From assembly GCF_964213995.1 (NCBI RefSeq), contig NW_027591413.1, positions 1 to 64,000 of the forward strand: DNA of 64,000 nt. Direction: 5' to 3'. Position 1 is the first letter of the stretch; the number at the start of each line of letters is the position of its first letter. Positions 60,967-64,000 of this stretch are shown here, in pieces. This DNA comes from Mustelus asterias. Its lineage: Eukaryota. The translations under genes were made by a program, and so were the position numbers. The notes beneath the pieces were generated by a model. The model was not told the origin of the DNA, did not search any database, and was given only the letters and a program-made list of their open reading frames with translations.

Positions 60967-61397
60967 CATACAGAGCAAAGCTCACTCTTCAGTGTCCCAT
61001 TGAATAGTTCACTGCAAAGCGCGTTTACTCTGTTTCGAACCACATTCTGAACCAGGATTTTGAATTTGCCATTGGATTACAATATATTGCGCTTTCATTG
61101 GACCTTTCCAAGAGAGGGACAGCACTGGGTAAAGTACATAGTCTTGCTGCACTGCCAATTCAAACGGGATGATAACAGGGACGTATACCTTCGGTATAAA
61201 ACACGTTCCCATCACTGTCCATGAAGTAATCCCAGGGCAGCCCCACTGATATTGATATTTTCCACTCGTGCTTTCACAATACTGGTCTTCTGTTAAAATT
61301 CATTGTAATAGTTTATGAAATATTGCTTCAGATCTTTGCTAAATACAGTTTAGACACTTTGGAATTCAAATGAATTAATTGCAAACATTTTCTGTTG

Positions 61398-63535
61398 TAG
61401 AACATGGGACATAGAACACAGAAAACTACAGCACAAAACAGGCCCTTCGGCCCCACAAGTTGTGCAGAACATATCCCTACCTTTTAGGCCTACCTATAAC
61501 CCTCCATTCTATTAAGTCCCATGTTCTCATCCAGGAGTCTCTTGAAATACGCTGTTGAGTTTGCCTCCACCACCACTGACGGCAGCCGATTCCACTCGCC
61601 CACCACCCTCTGTGTGAAAAACTTCCCCCGAACATTTCCCCTGTACCTACCCCACAGCACCTTAAACTGGTGTCCTCTCGTAGCAGCCATTTCCACCCTG
61701 GGAAAAAGCTTCTGAGAGTCCACCCGATCTATGCCTCTCAACATCTGATATACCTCTATGAGGTCTCTGCTCATCCTACGTCTCTCCAAGGAGAAAAGAC
61801 TGAGCTCGCTCAACCTGTCCTCATAAGCATGCCACTCAATTTAGGCAACATCCTTGTAAATCGGCTCTGCACCCCTTCAATCTTTTCCAAATCCTTCCTG
61901 TAATGAGGCGACTAGAACTGAGCACAGTACTCCAAGTGGGGTCTGATGAGGGCCTTCTATAGCTGCATCATTTTGCCCGGACTCCTAAACTCAATCCCTC
62001 GATTGATAAAGGCCAGCACACCATACGCCTTCTGAACCACCTCCTTCACCTGCGGGGCCGATTTTAGAGTCCTATGGACCCGGACCCCAATGTCCTTCTG
62101 ATCATCTACCGTACGAAGAGTCTGTCCCTTTAGATTGCACTCCTTCATCCCATTTGTCCTGCCACAATGGACCACTACGCAATTATCTGGGTTGAAGTCC
62201 ATCTGCCACTTCTCTGCCCAGTCTTGCATCCCATCTATGTCCCTCTGTCACTTCTGACATCCCTCCAGACTATCCACAACCCCACCAACCATCGTGTCGT
62301 CGGCAAACTTACCAAACCATCCCTCCACTTCCTCATCCAGGTCATTTATGAAATTGACAAACAGCAAGGGTCCCAGAACAGATTCCTGGGGCACACCACT
62401 GGTGACCGACCTCCATTTAGAAAATGACCCATCTATACACACTCTCTGCCTCCTTTGGGCAAGCCAGTTCTGGATCCACAGGGCAGCAGCCCCTTGGATC
62501 CCATGCCCTCTCACTTTTTCGAGAAGCCTTGCATGGAGGACCTTATCGAAAGCCTTGCTAAAATCCATATAAACCACATCTACCTCTTTTCCTTCGTCAA
62601 TGTGTTCAGTCACATTTTCGAAGAACTCAACCAGGCTCGTAAGGCACGTTCTGCCTGTGACAAAGCCATGCTGAGTATTCTTGAGCATACTAAACCTCTC
62701 TAAATGCTCATAAATCTTGTCCCTCCGGATCTTCTCCATCAGCTTACGAACCACTGAGGTTAGACTCACTGGTCGGTAATTTCCTGGGCTATCCCTATTC
62801 CCCTTCTTGAAAGTAGGAACCACATCCGCAATCCTCCAATCCTCCGGCACCTCTCCCGTCTCCATCGACGACACAAAGATCATCGCCAGAGGCTCTGCAA
62901 TCTCTTCCCTCGCCTCCCACAGTAACCTGTGGTACATCCCATCCGGACCCGGCGACTTATCTATCTTGAAGCCATTCAAAGATTCCAGCACAACCACTTT
63001 GTTAAAGTCCATATACTCAATCTTTTCAGTCCACTGCAAGCCCACAGTACATCCACCCATGTCCTTCTCCCCTGTGAAAACCGAGGCAAAATACTCATTA
63101 AGCACCTCTGCCATTTCTACTGGTTCCGTACTGATTTTCCCGCCTTCACCTTTTATAGGCCCTATTCCTTCACGTCTCCCCTTTTACTTTTCACATATTT
63201 ATAGAACGCCTGAGGGTTTTCCTGAATTCTACTTGCCAAGGCCTTCTCGTGACCCCTTCTGGCTCTCCTAATTTCCTTCCTTAGTCCCTTCCTCCAAGCC
63301 GCATACTCATCGAGATCACTATCTTCGCCAAACTCTCTGAGCCTTTTGTACGCTTTCCTTTTCTTTTCGACTAGGTCCCAGACAGCTTTCGTGCACCACG
63401 GTTCCTTTAACCTACCAACTCCTCACTGTCTGCTCGGAACATTGTCCTGTAGAACCCTAGACAGACATTCCATGAAAAGCTGCCACCTCTCTTCAGTAGA
63501 TTTCTCCGAGAATACCTCCTTCCAATTCACTCCTC
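61398..63535 (-). mobile_element. CR1 LINE ORF2 3' portion
   Basis: EVPEDWRIADV, YMDFSKAFDKV, KFADDT motifs; tail near 61400-61440. Confidence 0.93.
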
Positions 63536-63815
63536 CAATAAATTCCAATGGATTCTTCAAACAAGATTTTCCCTCTGTAAATCCATGCTGACTTTTTCTG
63601 ATTTTCCTACTGCCTTCCAAGTGCTGAGTTATGAAATCATTGATAAATCCTCCAGCTCCAACTTCCGCTGTGCTGACGATAGGTTCACTGGGATCAGTGT
63701 ATCTTATCACTGATCATGTGCCTGTAAAATGCTGACATGTAGATCAGTCACAGAGTAACAGCATAGAGCAGCTCACACGCAGATTTAGACAACTACAATG
63801 ATAATGTTCACTTAC

Positions 63816-63882
63816 CAGGAACGCCAATACCTCCATGGATCAGGTGGTATATTTTCTTCACCATTTGAAATTCCTGATACAT
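63816..63882 (-). CDS. First coding exon of a second GPR139-like GPCR (exon 2 not found in the window)
   Basis: MYQEFQMVKKIYHLIHGGIGVP G|gtaagt; same IY..xxGV(P/T) ending and phase-1 donor as exon 1 at 32701-32797. Confidence 0.7.
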
Positions 63883-64000
63883 TTTCAGCGTGAAGTAATG
63901 TGTCCCTTCGCTCTGCAGGTGATCTCTGTGTTAACTCCGTGATGATACATTCCCAAAGACATTCATATGTACCCTGTGGTATCCCCTCTGGGATACTGAC

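Overview
Eukaryotic, repeat-rich vertebrate DNA, most likely a cartilaginous fish (shark). This is inferred from HE1/V-SINE-type SINEs, abundant CR1 LINEs, Penelope-like fragments and two-exon GPR139-like receptors. The first 13 kb hold four decayed T-cell-receptor alpha/delta-type V gene segments (leader exon, intron, V exon; two with a 23-RSS), interleaved with tRNA genes. A birth-and-death tRNA field spans about 1.8-28 kb and 47-51 kb, with three apparently intact genes and about 20 pseudogenes. The intact genes are Arg-ACG, Gln-TTG and an unusual intron-containing Pro-AGG. An intact two-exon GPR139-like GPCR gene lies at 32.7-42.9 kb, followed by a C/A-rich tract. A ~59-bp satellite at 51.6-54.1 kb appears to derive from SINE sequence. 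An internally deleted class I endogenous retrovirus (54147-59842; tRNA-Leu PBS) has non-matching flanks. The window ends with an orphan first exon of a second GPR139-like gene. Most ORFs in the supplied track are LINE/SINE debris or low-complexity artefacts. Coordinates were read by eye and repeat boundaries are approximate.
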